A stretch of DNA of 57,054 nt, from positions 1-57,054 of IMG/VR virus record IMGVR_UViG_3300048855_000050, one strand, 5' to 3'. Source of the stretch: a virus (Duplodnaviria; Caudoviricetes). The notes beneath the pieces are model-generated. The model was given only the letters and a program-made list of their open reading frames with translations, searched no databases and had not been told where the DNA came from. Positions 17,685-26,820 of the stretch are shown here, one piece after another. Position 1 is the stretch's first letter; the number at the start of each line of letters is the position of its first letter. Position numbers and translations under genes: made by a program.

Positions 17685-18340
17685 TGAAGTCCGTCGCGAG
17701 CATCATGCAGCAACTGCCGAACGTTCCATCTGCCGAGGTGGCTCCGCTCAAGATCGATTCCGGTACGGTCCATGTGATCAACCAGCTGTTCCGTGAGCTG
17801 ATGGCGATTTTCCCAGCGTGGAAGCAGGCTTGGCCTGACAAGGAAGCCATCGGCGCGGCAAAGGCCACCTGGACCAAGGCTTTCATGGCCGAGAACATCA
17901 CCCGCATTGAGCAGATCCGCTTCGGCATCGAGCAGTGCCGCAGGCTGGGTTCGGACTTCGCGCCGAGCGTGGGCAAGTTCATCAAATTGTGCCAGCCCAC
18001 GCCGGAAATGCTCGGCATCCCTTCGCTGGACAAGGCTTTCCGCGAGGCCTGCCGCAACGCTCACCCATCCATGGCCGGGCAGGGCAGGTGGTCGCATCAG
18101 GCTGTCTGGCACACAGCGAAGGAGTGCGGGTTTGAACCGCTCAACCGCCTGGAATCCTCGCTCGCCATGAAGCTGTTCGAGCGCAACTACGTGATCACCG
18201 TCCGCCGCATGATCGAGGGTCTGCCATTGCAGGCGATGCCCTTGGCCCTGCCGGCCCGCGCTGATGCCCGGCGCACTCCCGATATCGGAAACAAGGCCTT
18301 GGCCGAACTGCGCGCCCGCCGCGCCGGAGCGTCAGCATGA
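17684..18340 (+). CDS. Replication protein P-like helicase loader
   Basis: LFRELMAIFPAWKQAW..W.KAF.EN.I..PSVGKFIKLC. Confidence 0.85.
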   Translation: MKSVASIMQQLPNVPSAEVAPLKIDSGTVHVINQLFRELMAIFPAWKQAWPDKEAIGAAKATWTKAFMAENITRIEQIRFGIEQCRRLGSDFAPSVGKFIKLCQPTPEMLGIPSLDKAFREACRNAHPSMAGQGRWSHQAVWHTAKECGFEPLNRLESSLAMKLFERNYVITVRRMIEGLPLQAMPLALPARADARRTPDIGNKALAELRARRAGASA

Positions 18341-18537
18341 GCGATTCCAGACTTGCCCCGCCTGATCCCGCGGCGTTCCGTTACGCGGTCTACGCGTGCT
18401 CCTCGAAGATCGATCTGTCCAATCCACCGGATCCAGCTGTCGCGCTATTCGATCGCAAAGGCGTTGCCGAGTCGTTCGGCCGATTGATGTGGCCCAGCAC
18501 CTTTGAAGTCGTCGACCTGATGGAGGCTGCCCGATGA
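18337..18537 (+). CDS. Hypothetical protein
   Basis: 66 aa, ATGA coupled. Confidence 0.6.
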   Translation: MSDSRLAPPDPAAFRYAVYACSSKIDLSNPPDPAVALFDRKGVAESFGRLMWPSTFEVVDLMEAAR

Positions 18538-18647
18538 AAACGATCAGGGCTCTCGCCAATGTCGCCCGGTGTTTCATCGCTTTCATGGGGGCCAGCTACG
18601 ACGGGTCTGTCCCTCCGGTTGAATCTCAGTTCGGGGTGTGGATTTGA
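18534..18647 (+). CDS. Hypothetical 37-aa peptide
   Basis: Fills gap exactly with start/stop overlaps on both sides. Confidence 0.4.
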   Translation: MKTIRALANVARCFIAFMGASYDGSVPPVESQFGVWI

Positions 18648-18952
18648 TGACCGAGCAAACGAAGTTCACCAAGGCCGCGCGTGGCCGCGATTGCCAGATC
18701 CGTGTGTCGGGTGTGGGCAATGGCAATCCGGAAACCACGGTGCTGGCTCACATGCGAATGGCCGGCACGCGCTGCGGCATGGGTATGAAGCCGCACGACC
18801 TGCAGGGCGCCTGGGCGTGCTCTGCCTGTCACGACGCCGTCGACGCTCGCAGCAAAACGGAATTCACCCGCGAGCAGCTGAGCCATATGCACATGCAGGG
18901 CATGGTCCGGACCATCGACATTTTGGTGAGCGAAGGGAAGGTGGCGGCATGA
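18647..18952 (+). CDS. DUF1364 (YbcO-like) protein
   Basis: AARGRDCQIR..ETTVLAH..GMGMKPHD..AWACSACHD. Confidence 0.85.
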   Translation: MTEQTKFTKAARGRDCQIRVSGVGNGNPETTVLAHMRMAGTRCGMGMKPHDLQGAWACSACHDAVDARSKTEFTREQLSHMHMQGMVRTIDILVSEGKVAA

Positions 18953-19204
18953 GCGCCTCCCGGATATGGATCTGCATAGCAGCCATCACCCTGGTAGCCG
19001 CAATCAGCACAGGCCACAAAGGCGGAGAGGTTGTGAAACCGGCACCGGCGCTGTCTTGCACTCTCAAAAAGCCAGGCGATAGGTGCGTGTTCCAATGACT
19101 TGGACCCAACTGAAAACCCTCCTAAATACTGTCAAGGTTCTGCATGACGGCCGCGGCGGCTTCGCTTTTTCGTCGGTGCGTGTTACCGCGAAGAGCACAG
19201 GCCA

Positions 19205-19621
19205 ATGAAGCTGTTCAAGCCCAGGACTACCCGCGCGAAGCCGGTCGACCGAGAAGGCCTGGAGCAAGCAGCGCTGATCAAGGAGCTCGAACTGCGCCTG
19301 CCGGCCGTGGCCGCTTTGATCTACCACGTCCCCAACGGCGGGCACCGGCATAAGCTGGTCGCCATTAAGCTGAAAGGGCAGGGCGTCAGAGCGGGCGTGC
19401 CCGATCTGGTGTTGCCGATGGCGCGTGGCGGCTATTTCGGCCTTTACCTCGAGTTCAAGGCAACGGCGCCGAACGATGCCGCGGTATCGGCCAGCCAGCA
19501 CGCGTGGATTCGGCGGCTGAATGATCAGGGCTATCTGGCGATCGTATGCCGGGGCCATTTCGATGCGATGGAGCAAATCCGCGCTTACCTGCGACTCGCC
19601 CCGACAGTGGTGGCTGCATGA
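19205..19621 (+). CDS. VRR-NUC domain nuclease
   Basis: HVPNGG..GVRAGVPDL..LYLEFK..SQHAW. Confidence 0.88.
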   Translation: MKLFKPRTTRAKPVDREGLEQAALIKELELRLPAVAALIYHVPNGGHRHKLVAIKLKGQGVRAGVPDLVLPMARGGYFGLYLEFKATAPNDAAVSASQHAWIRRLNDQGYLAIVCRGHFDAMEQIRAYLRLAPTVVAA

Positions 19622-20913
19622 CGATGACCGTTGCGTTTTCCGATGCCGAGCTGCGCCGCCGTGCAGAAGACCCCGCCGCGGTGCTGATGCGTGATCCACG
19701 GCACCCCGGGCTGTATTTTCGGTTCACCGAGGCGCGTCCGCGCGGGACGTGGAGTCTGGTGGTGCGCAAGAAGTGGTTGCGGATCGGCTCATACCCTGAG
19801 TTGTCGGCCAAAGCGGTGCTGGCAGGTCTGCCTGAAACTCGGCAGCGGCTGTCCGCCGATGCAAAGGCCACTGCCGCCATTTCCCCGTGGGCCACCCTTG
19901 GCGAGCTGCTGGCGTGGTACAGCGACAGGATGAGTCGCGACCGGCACCTGTCGGCCAAGCGGAAGGCTACGGCCAAGTCGGCCATCGCCTGCCACCTGAT
20001 ACCGCGCGTTGGCGACCTGGCGCTGGGCGAGATCGACCGCGCAACGCTCGACACGAAGCTGATGTGGCCGCTGCAGGAAACGCTGTCGCTGGAATTCGTG
20101 CGGCTGATCTTCGCGCTGCTGGTGCTGGCCTGCCGCCAAGCGCACACGTTGGGCTCGATCCCGGCCAACCCAATGGCGGGGATGAAGTTCAGCGACTTTT
20201 CGAAGACCAAGATCAAAGCCAAGTCTGCCCGCCTGCGTGGCGTCCAAGTGGAAGGCCTGCTGGGTCAACTGGCTGAGGCATTCGAGCGGCGCCCGGCCGA
20301 CGGCATGTTGGCCTTGATGATGCTCTGTCACGGCACACGTGTAGGCGAAACCCGAATGGCGCTCTGGTCGCACATCAGCTTGGCTGACCGCACGTGGCAT
20401 CTGCCGGCCGCACACACCAAGACCCGCGTCGAGCATTCGCTTCCACTCACTGAGCAGGTTTGCGCGCTGCTGACTCAGTACCGCGCCCGTCAGGCCGCCA
20501 CCGGCTACACCGGGCAGTACCTGTTCCCGGCACGGCACGGCAAGGGCATGAGTGAAGGGCAGGCCAGCATGGTGTTCACGCAGCTCGGGCAGGGCGAGTG
20601 GACCAGCCACGACCTGCGCAAGTTGGCTCGAACCGGCTGGGCAGATCTCGGCATCGACTTCCTGATCGGCGAGATGCTGATCAACCACGCCATGGGCCAT
20701 AACGTACAGGCCTACATCCACACCACCGTGGAAACCCGCAAACGCGAGGCGCTGGAGAAGTGGCACGCCCATTTAGACGCCAAGGGATTTATCGCCATTC
20801 ACGGGTTGGAGGGAGTCGAAAACAAAGAGTCCAGCCTTCAGCCACAGGCCACGGCCCATATGGCCTGCAACCCTATTCAAGAATCAACCATAGGCGAGGT
20901 TTCAAAATGCTGA
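19618..20913 (+). CDS. Second tyrosine recombinase with N-terminal arm-binding domain
   Basis: GLYFR..W..IGSYPELS arm domain; GTRVGE, TKT, HDLR, INH, QAY catalytic set. Confidence 0.9.
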   Translation: MTMTVAFSDAELRRRAEDPAAVLMRDPRHPGLYFRFTEARPRGTWSLVVRKKWLRIGSYPELSAKAVLAGLPETRQRLSADAKATAAISPWATLGELLAWYSDRMSRDRHLSAKRKATAKSAIACHLIPRVGDLALGEIDRATLDTKLMWPLQETLSLEFVRLIFALLVLACRQAHTLGSIPANPMAGMKFSDFSKTKIKAKSARLRGVQVEGLLGQLAEAFERRPADGMLALMMLCHGTRVGETRMALWSHISLADRTWHLPAAHTKTRVEHSLPLTEQVCALLTQYRARQAATGYTGQYLFPARHGKGMSEGQASMVFTQLGQGEWTSHDLRKLARTGWADLGIDFLIGEMLINHAMGHNVQAYIHTTVETRKREALEKWHAHLDAKGFIAIHGLEGVENKESSLQPQATAHMACNPIQESTIGEVSKC

Positions 20914-21113
20914 TTTTGGTCGATCCGCGCCGCAAGCTGGCAGTGCAGCCAGGCGATATCAGCTCAATGCAAGTGGTGTTGAGCCCCGGCGGCCGGTGGA
21001 TTTTGGAGCTCCACATGATGTCCGGCAGAGAGATCGTGATCCCGGCCAGCAACGACAACGGCCAAGTCGATCTGACCGCCATCCACGCCCAACTGATGGA
21101 GGCCAGCAAGTGA
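20907..21113 (+). CDS. Hypothetical protein
   Basis: 68 aa, GAGG SD. Confidence 0.6.
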   Translation: MLILVDPRRKLAVQPGDISSMQVVLSPGGRWILELHMMSGREIVIPASNDNGQVDLTAIHAQLMEASK

Positions 21114-21421
21114 AGAACCACGGCCCTGCATTCAGGAAACAGCTGAAGCCGTTGATGGAGTGCGCGACATGCCGCGGCGCCGGCGTCGTCAGCGGCGTTT
21201 TCCATCAGCTTGACTGCGCAGCCTGCAACGCCTCGGGCTGGGTCTGCCAGTCAACCGGCGACGCGCTGTCACTCGAAGACCTGGTGCCACAACTGAACAT
21301 GAAGTTGCGCCACATGGCCGCCGAGCTGAACCGGGTACGCCACAGCCAGGGCGGCGCGCACGAACAATACGAACAGAACAATCGCCGCGGTGCCGGCGGC
21401 TCGAATTACACCGGGGATTAA
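21110..21421 (+). CDS. DnaJ-type zinc-finger protein
   Basis: CATCRGAG..CAACNASG. Confidence 0.7.
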   Translation: MKNHGPAFRKQLKPLMECATCRGAGVVSGVFHQLDCAACNASGWVCQSTGDALSLEDLVPQLNMKLRHMAAELNRVRHSQGGAHEQYEQNNRRGAGGSNYTGD

Positions 21422-21431
21422 GGGGCAGACC

Positions 21432-21980
21432 ATGAGCTTTTATCGCGACGTTCAGTCAGCAGTAGTGAGGGCGCTCGCCGCCGAAACCATCAACAGCGCG
21501 GGTGGGTGCGACTTCGAGCCAAAGGTTCAAGCCGCTAAACAGAAGGGGGAGATCGTTGGCAAAGAGGCAGCTTTTCTAGTTGACTGCATGGTGTTCAGCC
21601 GTCTCCACAAAAACCTAGCACCTCACCACTGGCGCGCCTTGGTCGCGAAGTACTCGACTCATACGGACCGCAAGCACGCAGCAATAGTTGAGCTGGTAAA
21701 GCAGTTCCAGTCGCCTGCGCCTGAGCGTTTTCGTCACTGTGCGACTGTGACCTGGGCAATGCCGCGGCTCGCCGGCGTGGAAGGTAAGCGCAGCACAAGC
21801 GTCCTGCCGGCTGGCTGGTACGACATGGACAACTGGAGCGATGAGCCTCGCCCGATCAAAACACAGGAGCGGTGGAGGCGCGATATCCGCAAGAGCTTAG
21901 AAAGCGTGGTCGATCAGGCTCTGATCGAGGTTCAGCACATTCTCGACGATGAAGGGCTGTTAGTTTCAGCGGTCGCTTGA
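21432..21980 (+). CDS. Putative late regulator / Q-like antiterminator
   Basis: Last gene of the early right operon, directly before a promoter-terminator pair; assignment by position. Confidence 0.6.
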   Translation: MSFYRDVQSAVVRALAAETINSAGGCDFEPKVQAAKQKGEIVGKEAAFLVDCMVFSRLHKNLAPHHWRALVAKYSTHTDRKHAAIVELVKQFQSPAPERFRHCATVTWAMPRLAGVEGKRSTSVLPAGWYDMDNWSDEPRPIKTQERWRRDIRKSLESVVDQALIEVQHILDDEGLLVSAVA

Positions 21981-22076
21981 CTGCCATTGCTCCAATGAGC
22001 CATTATCGCCTCATCCTGTCATTCCTGCGCGTTTAGGAGTGGTACAGAAAGCCCGGCCTCTGCGCTGGGCTTTTTT
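21977..22076 (+). promoter_or_regulatory. pR'-like late promoter and tR'-like terminator
   Basis: TTGACT-N18-CATTAT with CATTG/CAATG dyad in the spacer; AAAGCCCGG..CTGGGCTTTTTT at 22048-22076. Confidence 0.6.
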
Positions 22077-22188
22077 ATGGCTTGCGATAAGATCAATTGG
22101 ATCCATGTATTCCATCAGCGCAGACGCGAGGCGTAAAATCCGAGTTCAATCGTGCGAGTCCCGCGTGATGAATTCATGGACGTATCAA

Positions 22189-22506
22189 ATGCGTAAAATC
22201 GTCGCCATTGCCGCACTTCTGCTGGCATCCGCAGCATCTGCTGATAACCGAGTCACCATATCTGATGTGTCGGTCGGCCCGGCGCCAGCGGGCTATCCTG
22301 CGGTCATGGGTGTAGCCCATAACAACACCAACGGCACGCTTTCTGCAGTCTTCGTGACTTTCAATTTGTATGACAACACGGGCAGCGTGGTTGGAAATGC
22401 GACTGCGGGCGGGCAAAACATTGGCCCTGGGGAGAACTTGAAGTTTGCTGCTCCTACATCTGTCCCTTTTTCAGAGGCCAAGCTGACCGGCGTGCAGGTT
22501 TATTGA
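22189..22506 (+). CDS. Secreted FxLYD-domain protein
   Basis: Signal peptide MRKIVAIAALLLASAASA; TFNLYD motif; terminator at 22516-22540. Confidence 0.8.
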   Translation: MRKIVAIAALLLASAASADNRVTISDVSVGPAPAGYPAVMGVAHNNTNGTLSAVFVTFNLYDNTGSVVGNATAGGQNIGPGENLKFAAPTSVPFSEAKLTGVQVY

Positions 22507-22607
22507 TCGACTCCCAAGCCCCGCCAAGTGCGGGGTTTTTGTTGTTAGCAGGTGCGGTCGCTCTGCGCGTACGCGGACCAATTATCCGCGTACTAAGGGG
22601 CAAAAAA

Positions 22608-23033
22608 TCATGCCGCTTCGACGGATACGGTCAGCCGCTTGCCCAAGGCAGACAACGCCGCCTCAACCTGTTCCATCTTCGAGGTGTGCAGGAAGTCGAC
22701 CAGACGGTCGCCTTGCACCTGGTGAACACCTAGAAGACGGCGCAGATCGGCCTTTCGCATATCGCGCTCGATCATGGTGTTCCACAACACGATCTTCGCC
22801 ACTGTGACGGCCGGCAGATAGACGACCTTCTCACCTGGCTGTGCAGCTGTGGCCTCCGGAATGGCTTTTCGCTCGTCCACGTAGATCGACAGAGTCGACT
22901 CGATAGCGTCGGCGGCCTCGGCCATCGCGTGCGCCTCATCGTCACCGTAGCTGTTGAGCTGTGGCAGATCTCGGCAGTAAACGGCAAGTCCCGGTGCGGT
23001 GTCTTGTTCAAATCGAATCGCGTAGTTGTACAT
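22608..23033 (-). CDS. hicB: HicB antitoxin
   Basis: Y..RDLP..SYGD..EA..A.DA..IPE, then C-terminal HTH. Confidence 0.9.
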   Translation of the reverse strand: MYNYAIRFEQDTAPGLAVYCRDLPQLNSYGDDEAHAMAEAADAIESTLSIYVDERKAIPEATAAQPGEKVVYLPAVTVAKIVLWNTMIERDMRKADLRRLLGVHQVQGDRLVDFLHTSKMEQVEAALSALGKRLTVSVEAA

Positions 23034-23098
23034 CTGATTCCCCTTGTGTAGGTGGAATGGAGGTGATCGTTCTGCGCTCAGATAGGCGAAGGGGGCTC

Positions 23099-23278
23099 TC
23101 AGAGCCCCAGTTGTTTAATGATCGCCTTGCGGGTCCCTTCGGGCATTTCCTTTGCCCCGTGATCCGCGAAGGTTGTTCTGTTGCCGTTTAGGGCGGTGAC
23201 TTTGAAGTGGCTTCCTTTGCCTGCTTCGAACATCACCCCTTGGGCCTTCAACCACCGTCTGAACTCGCTGAACTTCAT
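23099..23278 (-). CDS. hicA: HicA toxin
   Basis: MKFSEFRRWL..GKGSH..HGAKEMPEGTRKAIIKQLGL. Confidence 0.9.
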   Translation of the reverse strand: MKFSEFRRWLKAQGVMFEAGKGSHFKVTALNGNRTTFADHGAKEMPEGTRKAIIKQLGL

Positions 23279-23310
23279 CACCTCGCCTCGCTGTTTGGAT
23301 GAGTCCATTC

Positions 23311-23348
23311 TACAACACTTTTGTTTTAATACAACACATTTGTTTTAT
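23311..23348. promoter_or_regulatory. Tandem 19-bp repeat, probable HicB operators
   Basis: TACAACACTTTTGTTTTAA and TACAACACATTTGTTTTAT, each with AACA-N4-TGTT dyad, upstream of hicA. Confidence 0.6.
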
Positions 23349-23633
23349 ATGTATTGATGCACGACACCATACCCAAGGTGGCCCGTAGTGGAGGGCTTGG
23401 ACGCGGTATAGCCGGTTGTCACGCGTACGGAAAGAACACCGGCAGTTGATGCGTCCGTTACCTCTTTTTCACTGGGCGGCATCGGCAGACAGGCGTGGAA
23501 AGACACGCAACCATTCTGAGCCTCAGCACTTGCTGGAGCTTTTTCGTTTTCAGCCCCGCCACACCCATCGCTTCGAGCTGGGAGTGCTGCGGGGCTGACC
23601 CCATTCCCCGATCCCGAAAGGGCGGACTGTCGG

Positions 23634-23963
23634 ATGTCGACGAAGATGCCGGAAAAAACACCTGACTTCTGGGCGCACGTCTGGCTCGTCCTGTCGAATC
23701 CGCTCTGGCAAGGAGCGATCATGGCCGCAACCATCTCGTTATTGCGTGTGCTCTACGAGGGCAAGGAAGCGAACAAGTGGCGCGTCTTGCTTGAAGCGCT
23801 GATCTGCGGAGCCTTGAGCCTGTCCGCCAGCAGCGTCATCGAATGGATGGCCTGGCCGTCGAGCTTGTCAGTCGCCGCTGGAGGAACGATCGGCTTCATC
23901 GGGGTAACCGCCATACGCGAACTGATCATCCGGTTCCTCGGGCGAAAGGCTGACTCACTATGA
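23634..23963 (+). CDS. Lambda-family holin
   Basis: Three hydrophobic segments, LEALICG, IGFIGV, basic C-terminus; two Met starts separated by a Lys-containing spacer. Confidence 0.88.
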   Translation: MSTKMPEKTPDFWAHVWLVLSNPLWQGAIMAATISLLRVLYEGKEANKWRVLLEALICGALSLSASSVIEWMAWPSSLSVAAGGTIGFIGVTAIRELIIRFLGRKADSL

Positions 23964-24391
23964 GCATTGAACCTGTCGTCGCAGTAGCAAGAGCCGGTTC
24001 AACGCTGCGAGCCATTGCGGCCGGCATCGTCATTGTCATCGTGATGAGCCTGCTCATAGCTATCCAGCAGGTACGTGTGGTCAGCCTGCAGGGCGCCGTT
24101 ACTGTTGAGCGAGACGCCAAGCAGCTGGCCGTCGATGCCAACAAGGAAAGCCAGGCCACGATCACCACGCTTAAAGCTGAAGCTGCCCGTAATGCTGCGT
24201 ACACAGCCGACCTGAGCAAGCGCATCAAAGCCAGCGAAGACAAGGCCAAAAAGGCCAAGAAGGAATTCGATGATCTCAAGCGCAACAGCAAACCTGTTCG
24301 TGATTGGGCTGCTCAGCCTTTGCCTGACGGCCTGCGCGGCAAAGCCGCAAGTGGTAACAAAGACAACAGCCATAAGGCTGGAAGCCCCTGA
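23960..24391 (+). CDS. Rz-like inner spanin
   Basis: N-terminal TM, coiled coil, WAAQPLPD tail. Confidence 0.8.
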   Translation: MSIEPVVAVARAGSTLRAIAAGIVIVIVMSLLIAIQQVRVVSLQGAVTVERDAKQLAVDANKESQATITTLKAEAARNAAYTADLSKRIKASEDKAKKAKKEFDDLKRNSKPVRDWAAQPLPDGLRGKAASGNKDNSHKAGSP

Positions 24392-24539
24392 GCTGATTCC
24401 ATGCGAGCGGGTCAATGCAGACGACACCGATCTGCGTGACAACGGCGACGTGTGGGAACTAAAGGATCAGGCCATCAAGCTGCTTGACACGTGCGCCGAC
24501 CAGGTCGATGCGCAGATCGTGCGCAGCCAAAGTAAGTAG
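24270..24539 (+). CDS. Rz1-like outer spanin lipoprotein
   Basis: Lipobox LTAC; overlaps Rz 3' end in another frame. Confidence 0.8.
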   Translation: MISSATANLFVIGLLSLCLTACAAKPQVVTKTTAIRLEAPELIPCERVNADDTDLRDNGDVWELKDQAIKLLDTCADQVDAQIVRSQSK

Positions 24540-24580
24540 TCTTTCAATTTGATGCGTCATATCCGGCGCGAGGACTTCAG

Positions 24581-24940
24581 ATGAACGATCAAGCGATTGA
24601 GCAGGAGATTCAAGATAAGGGCCTCACTGCTCCACGCATCACGCCAGGAGACGTCGAGCGCAACATCCGAAGCGAGTTCTACTTCACCGCTGGTGAAGGT
24701 GTGCTGGGTCAAAGCGCTATGGGTACCAAGCCAGCAGGTAACGCCGACAGCTTGAACCGCCTCACCTTCTGCGTGTTGGTATTGGCGAATGGCTTCACTG
24801 TGACTGGTGAAAGCGCCTGCGTTACCAGGGCGAACTTCGACGCTGAGATCGGCAAGAAGGTAGCCCGCCAAAACGCCATTACCAAGATCTGGCCCCTGAT
24901 GGGCTATGAGCTTACCGAGCGCTTGCACTCCGCGAAGTGA
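24581..24940 (+). CDS. Phage Gp49/gp66-family protein
   Basis: APRIT..LTFCVLVLANGFTVTGESACV..NFDAEIGKKVA..IWPLMGYEL. Confidence 0.85.
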   Translation: MNDQAIEQEIQDKGLTAPRITPGDVERNIRSEFYFTAGEGVLGQSAMGTKPAGNADSLNRLTFCVLVLANGFTVTGESACVTRANFDAEIGKKVARQNAITKIWPLMGYELTERLHSAK

Positions 24941-25065
24941 AGAAGTCCTGGTACGTCACAGTGCCGGGCTATCCACCATTCCCCATGATCATGCCGGAAG
25001 ACCATGACCACGCTGGTGCCTTGGCATTCGCGCGCTGCAAGTGGCCGGCCTGCACAGTTGAGTAG
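24937..25065 (+). CDS. Hypothetical 42-aa protein
   Basis: GTG start overlapping previous stop; VKKSWYVTVPGYPPFPM.. Confidence 0.45.
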   Translation: MKKSWYVTVPGYPPFPMIMPEDHDHAGALAFARCKWPACTVE

Positions 25066-25070
25066 ATGCC

Positions 25071-25577
25071 ATGACCCAAGTTATCGAAGTCGTTGTGATC
25101 GGCGCTGTTGGCTCGGGCAAGTCCCATGTTCTGGAGCTGATCGATCGCGCCCTTCACGACGAATACGGCCAGCACGTACAGGTGGCATCGCATGAGCTGT
25201 CCCGCGAGCGCTACATGGGTTCGCCGGGCGCTAAGCCAAAGGTCGCTGAAACCATCTTCAATCTCCGTGAGCAGGCTCCGGCGAGTGGCAAGATCGGCGA
25301 GCTGAAGGTGAGTGTCGATGCATCCGAGCTGACGTCTGCAATCGATAAGATTGGCGCGGTCCAGGGTGAGGCCGTCAGCTTCATGCTTGACCCGCTTGAA
25401 CAGGCTGTTGAGTCAACCGTTCGCGTAATGCAGGGCGAGCGTGATCAGTGCAGTGAGATCAGCGCGACAGAGAGCGGCAACGTCCGCACCACCTCTCTCT
25501 ACGCTCGGCTGGGCAAGCACCTCGACGAGCTGCTTGCAGCACAACTGAAGCGGGTGACTACTTATGAAGCGGGCTGA
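25071..25577 (+). CDS. Hypothetical protein with N-terminal Walker A-like motif
   Basis: VVVIGAVGSGKSHV. Confidence 0.65.
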   Translation: MTQVIEVVVIGAVGSGKSHVLELIDRALHDEYGQHVQVASHELSRERYMGSPGAKPKVAETIFNLREQAPASGKIGELKVSVDASELTSAIDKIGAVQGEAVSFMLDPLEQAVESTVRVMQGERDQCSEISATESGNVRTTSLYARLGKHLDELLAAQLKRVTTYEAG

Positions 25578-25782
25578 TCAATCCCGACTCAGTTATCTGC
25601 TGTCGTCACGCCCGTTGATCATCAAGAAGAACGGCGTGCATGTCTGCGTACATGACGCATTCAGTGGTGAGGTGCTCGGCGGGCAACTTCGAGTGGAGCT
25701 GATCCAGGAGCCGGAGTCGTTTGCTGTGCTGCGAGTGGAGTTCGCGGTAGATGGACAGATGGTTCGGCTCGAAGGAGAGTGA
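25564..25782 (+). CDS. Hypothetical protein
   Basis: 72 aa overlapping upstream stop. Confidence 0.55.
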   Translation: MKRADQSRLSYLLSSRPLIIKKNGVHVCVHDAFSGEVLGGQLRVELIQEPESFAVLRVEFAVDGQMVRLEGE

Positions 25783-25824
25783 GCTTCTATTGCAACGTTT
25801 AAACGCTGGCTAGGGTGATCAAAC

Positions 25825-26145
25825 ATGTCTCGACTCACAACGCTAGCGCCTCGAATGAAGCAGGCAGAGGGGAGACAATACGCAGCCCCGGTATCCCCTG
25901 AAGCTGAAGGCGGTTGGGGTTCAGGCCGTGGTGGTCGCCCTTGGCGTCGTAAACGGGAGTCGATCCTGCTTCGAGACAGGTACACCTGCCAAGGCTGCGG
26001 CGTTGTCACTCTGGATCTAGAGGTCGACCACATCGTAAACATCGCCCGCGGCGGCACAGACGACGAGGAGAACCTCCAGGCGCTTTGCGTTCCGTGCCAC
26101 AAGGCGAAGACGGCGGTGGAGGCTGCTCAGGGCGGCGGCTGGTAA
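25825..26145 (+). CDS. Terminase-associated HNH endonuclease
   Basis: CQGC..EVDHI..NLQALCVPCHKAKT, directly before terS. Confidence 0.9.
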   Translation: MSRLTTLAPRMKQAEGRQYAAPVSPEAEGGWGSGRGGRPWRRKRESILLRDRYTCQGCGVVTLDLEVDHIVNIARGGTDDEENLQALCVPCHKAKTAVEAAQGGGW

Positions 26146-26199
26146 CGGCACGCCACCGACGTGCTACACAGTCGGGCCTGCACCGATCTGGTGCGGCAC

Positions 26200-26300
26200 G
26201 CCACTCCCCCGGGTGGGGCGGGTCGAAACCGTACAGCCCTTGGCGCTGGACACCGCCCCCGACCGCACGCAGAGATTTTTTCCCCCTCACAGGTTTTTTG
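26200..26300. other. Probable cos region
   Basis: GC-rich non-coding stretch between HNH and terS, the cos position in HK97-like phages; exact cut site not determined. Confidence 0.5.
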
Positions 26301-26304
26301 TTAA

Positions 26305-26820
26305 ATGGCACTGACCCCGAAAAAGCAGGCATTCGTCGCTGCGAAGAGGGAAGGTGCGTCCAATAAAGATGCAGCGATAGCCGCGGGTTACGCGGCCTCC
26401 AGCGCTGCTCAGGCTGGCGCACGCCTCGCAAAGGATCAGTTCGTTATTGCTGCGTTGGCCGGCCCGACCGTTAACAAAAAAGTTAACAAATTTGTTAAAG
26501 GCGACGCCCCTCCGAAGTCGAGTGGGGATGCGGGTCGCCGGGACCAGGTGGCTGACGACAACCCGGGCGATGGAAGCTTCGACCTGGTCAAGGCCATGCG
26601 CTTCTCGGACCCCAAGGAGTTTCTGCTCGCGACGATGAACGATTTTGAGACCGACTCGAAGTTGCGCGTCGACGCCGCGAAGGCCCTGATGCCATTCATC
26701 CATCCCCGCAAAGGCGAGGGCGGCAAGAAAGAGGAGAAAGAGAACGCCGCCAAGATCGCCGCCAAGGGCAGGTTTGGTGCTGCACCTCCGCCCCCCAGCC
26801 ATCTACGAGCGGTGAAATAA
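26305..26820 (+). CDS. terS: Terminase small subunit
   Basis: LTPKKQAFV..AAIAAGYA HTH; upstream of terL. Confidence 0.85.
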   Translation: MALTPKKQAFVAAKREGASNKDAAIAAGYAASSAAQAGARLAKDQFVIAALAGPTVNKKVNKFVKGDAPPKSSGDAGRRDQVADDNPGDGSFDLVKAMRFSDPKEFLLATMNDFETDSKLRVDAAKALMPFIHPRKGEGGKKEEKENAAKIAAKGRFGAAPPPPSHLRAVK

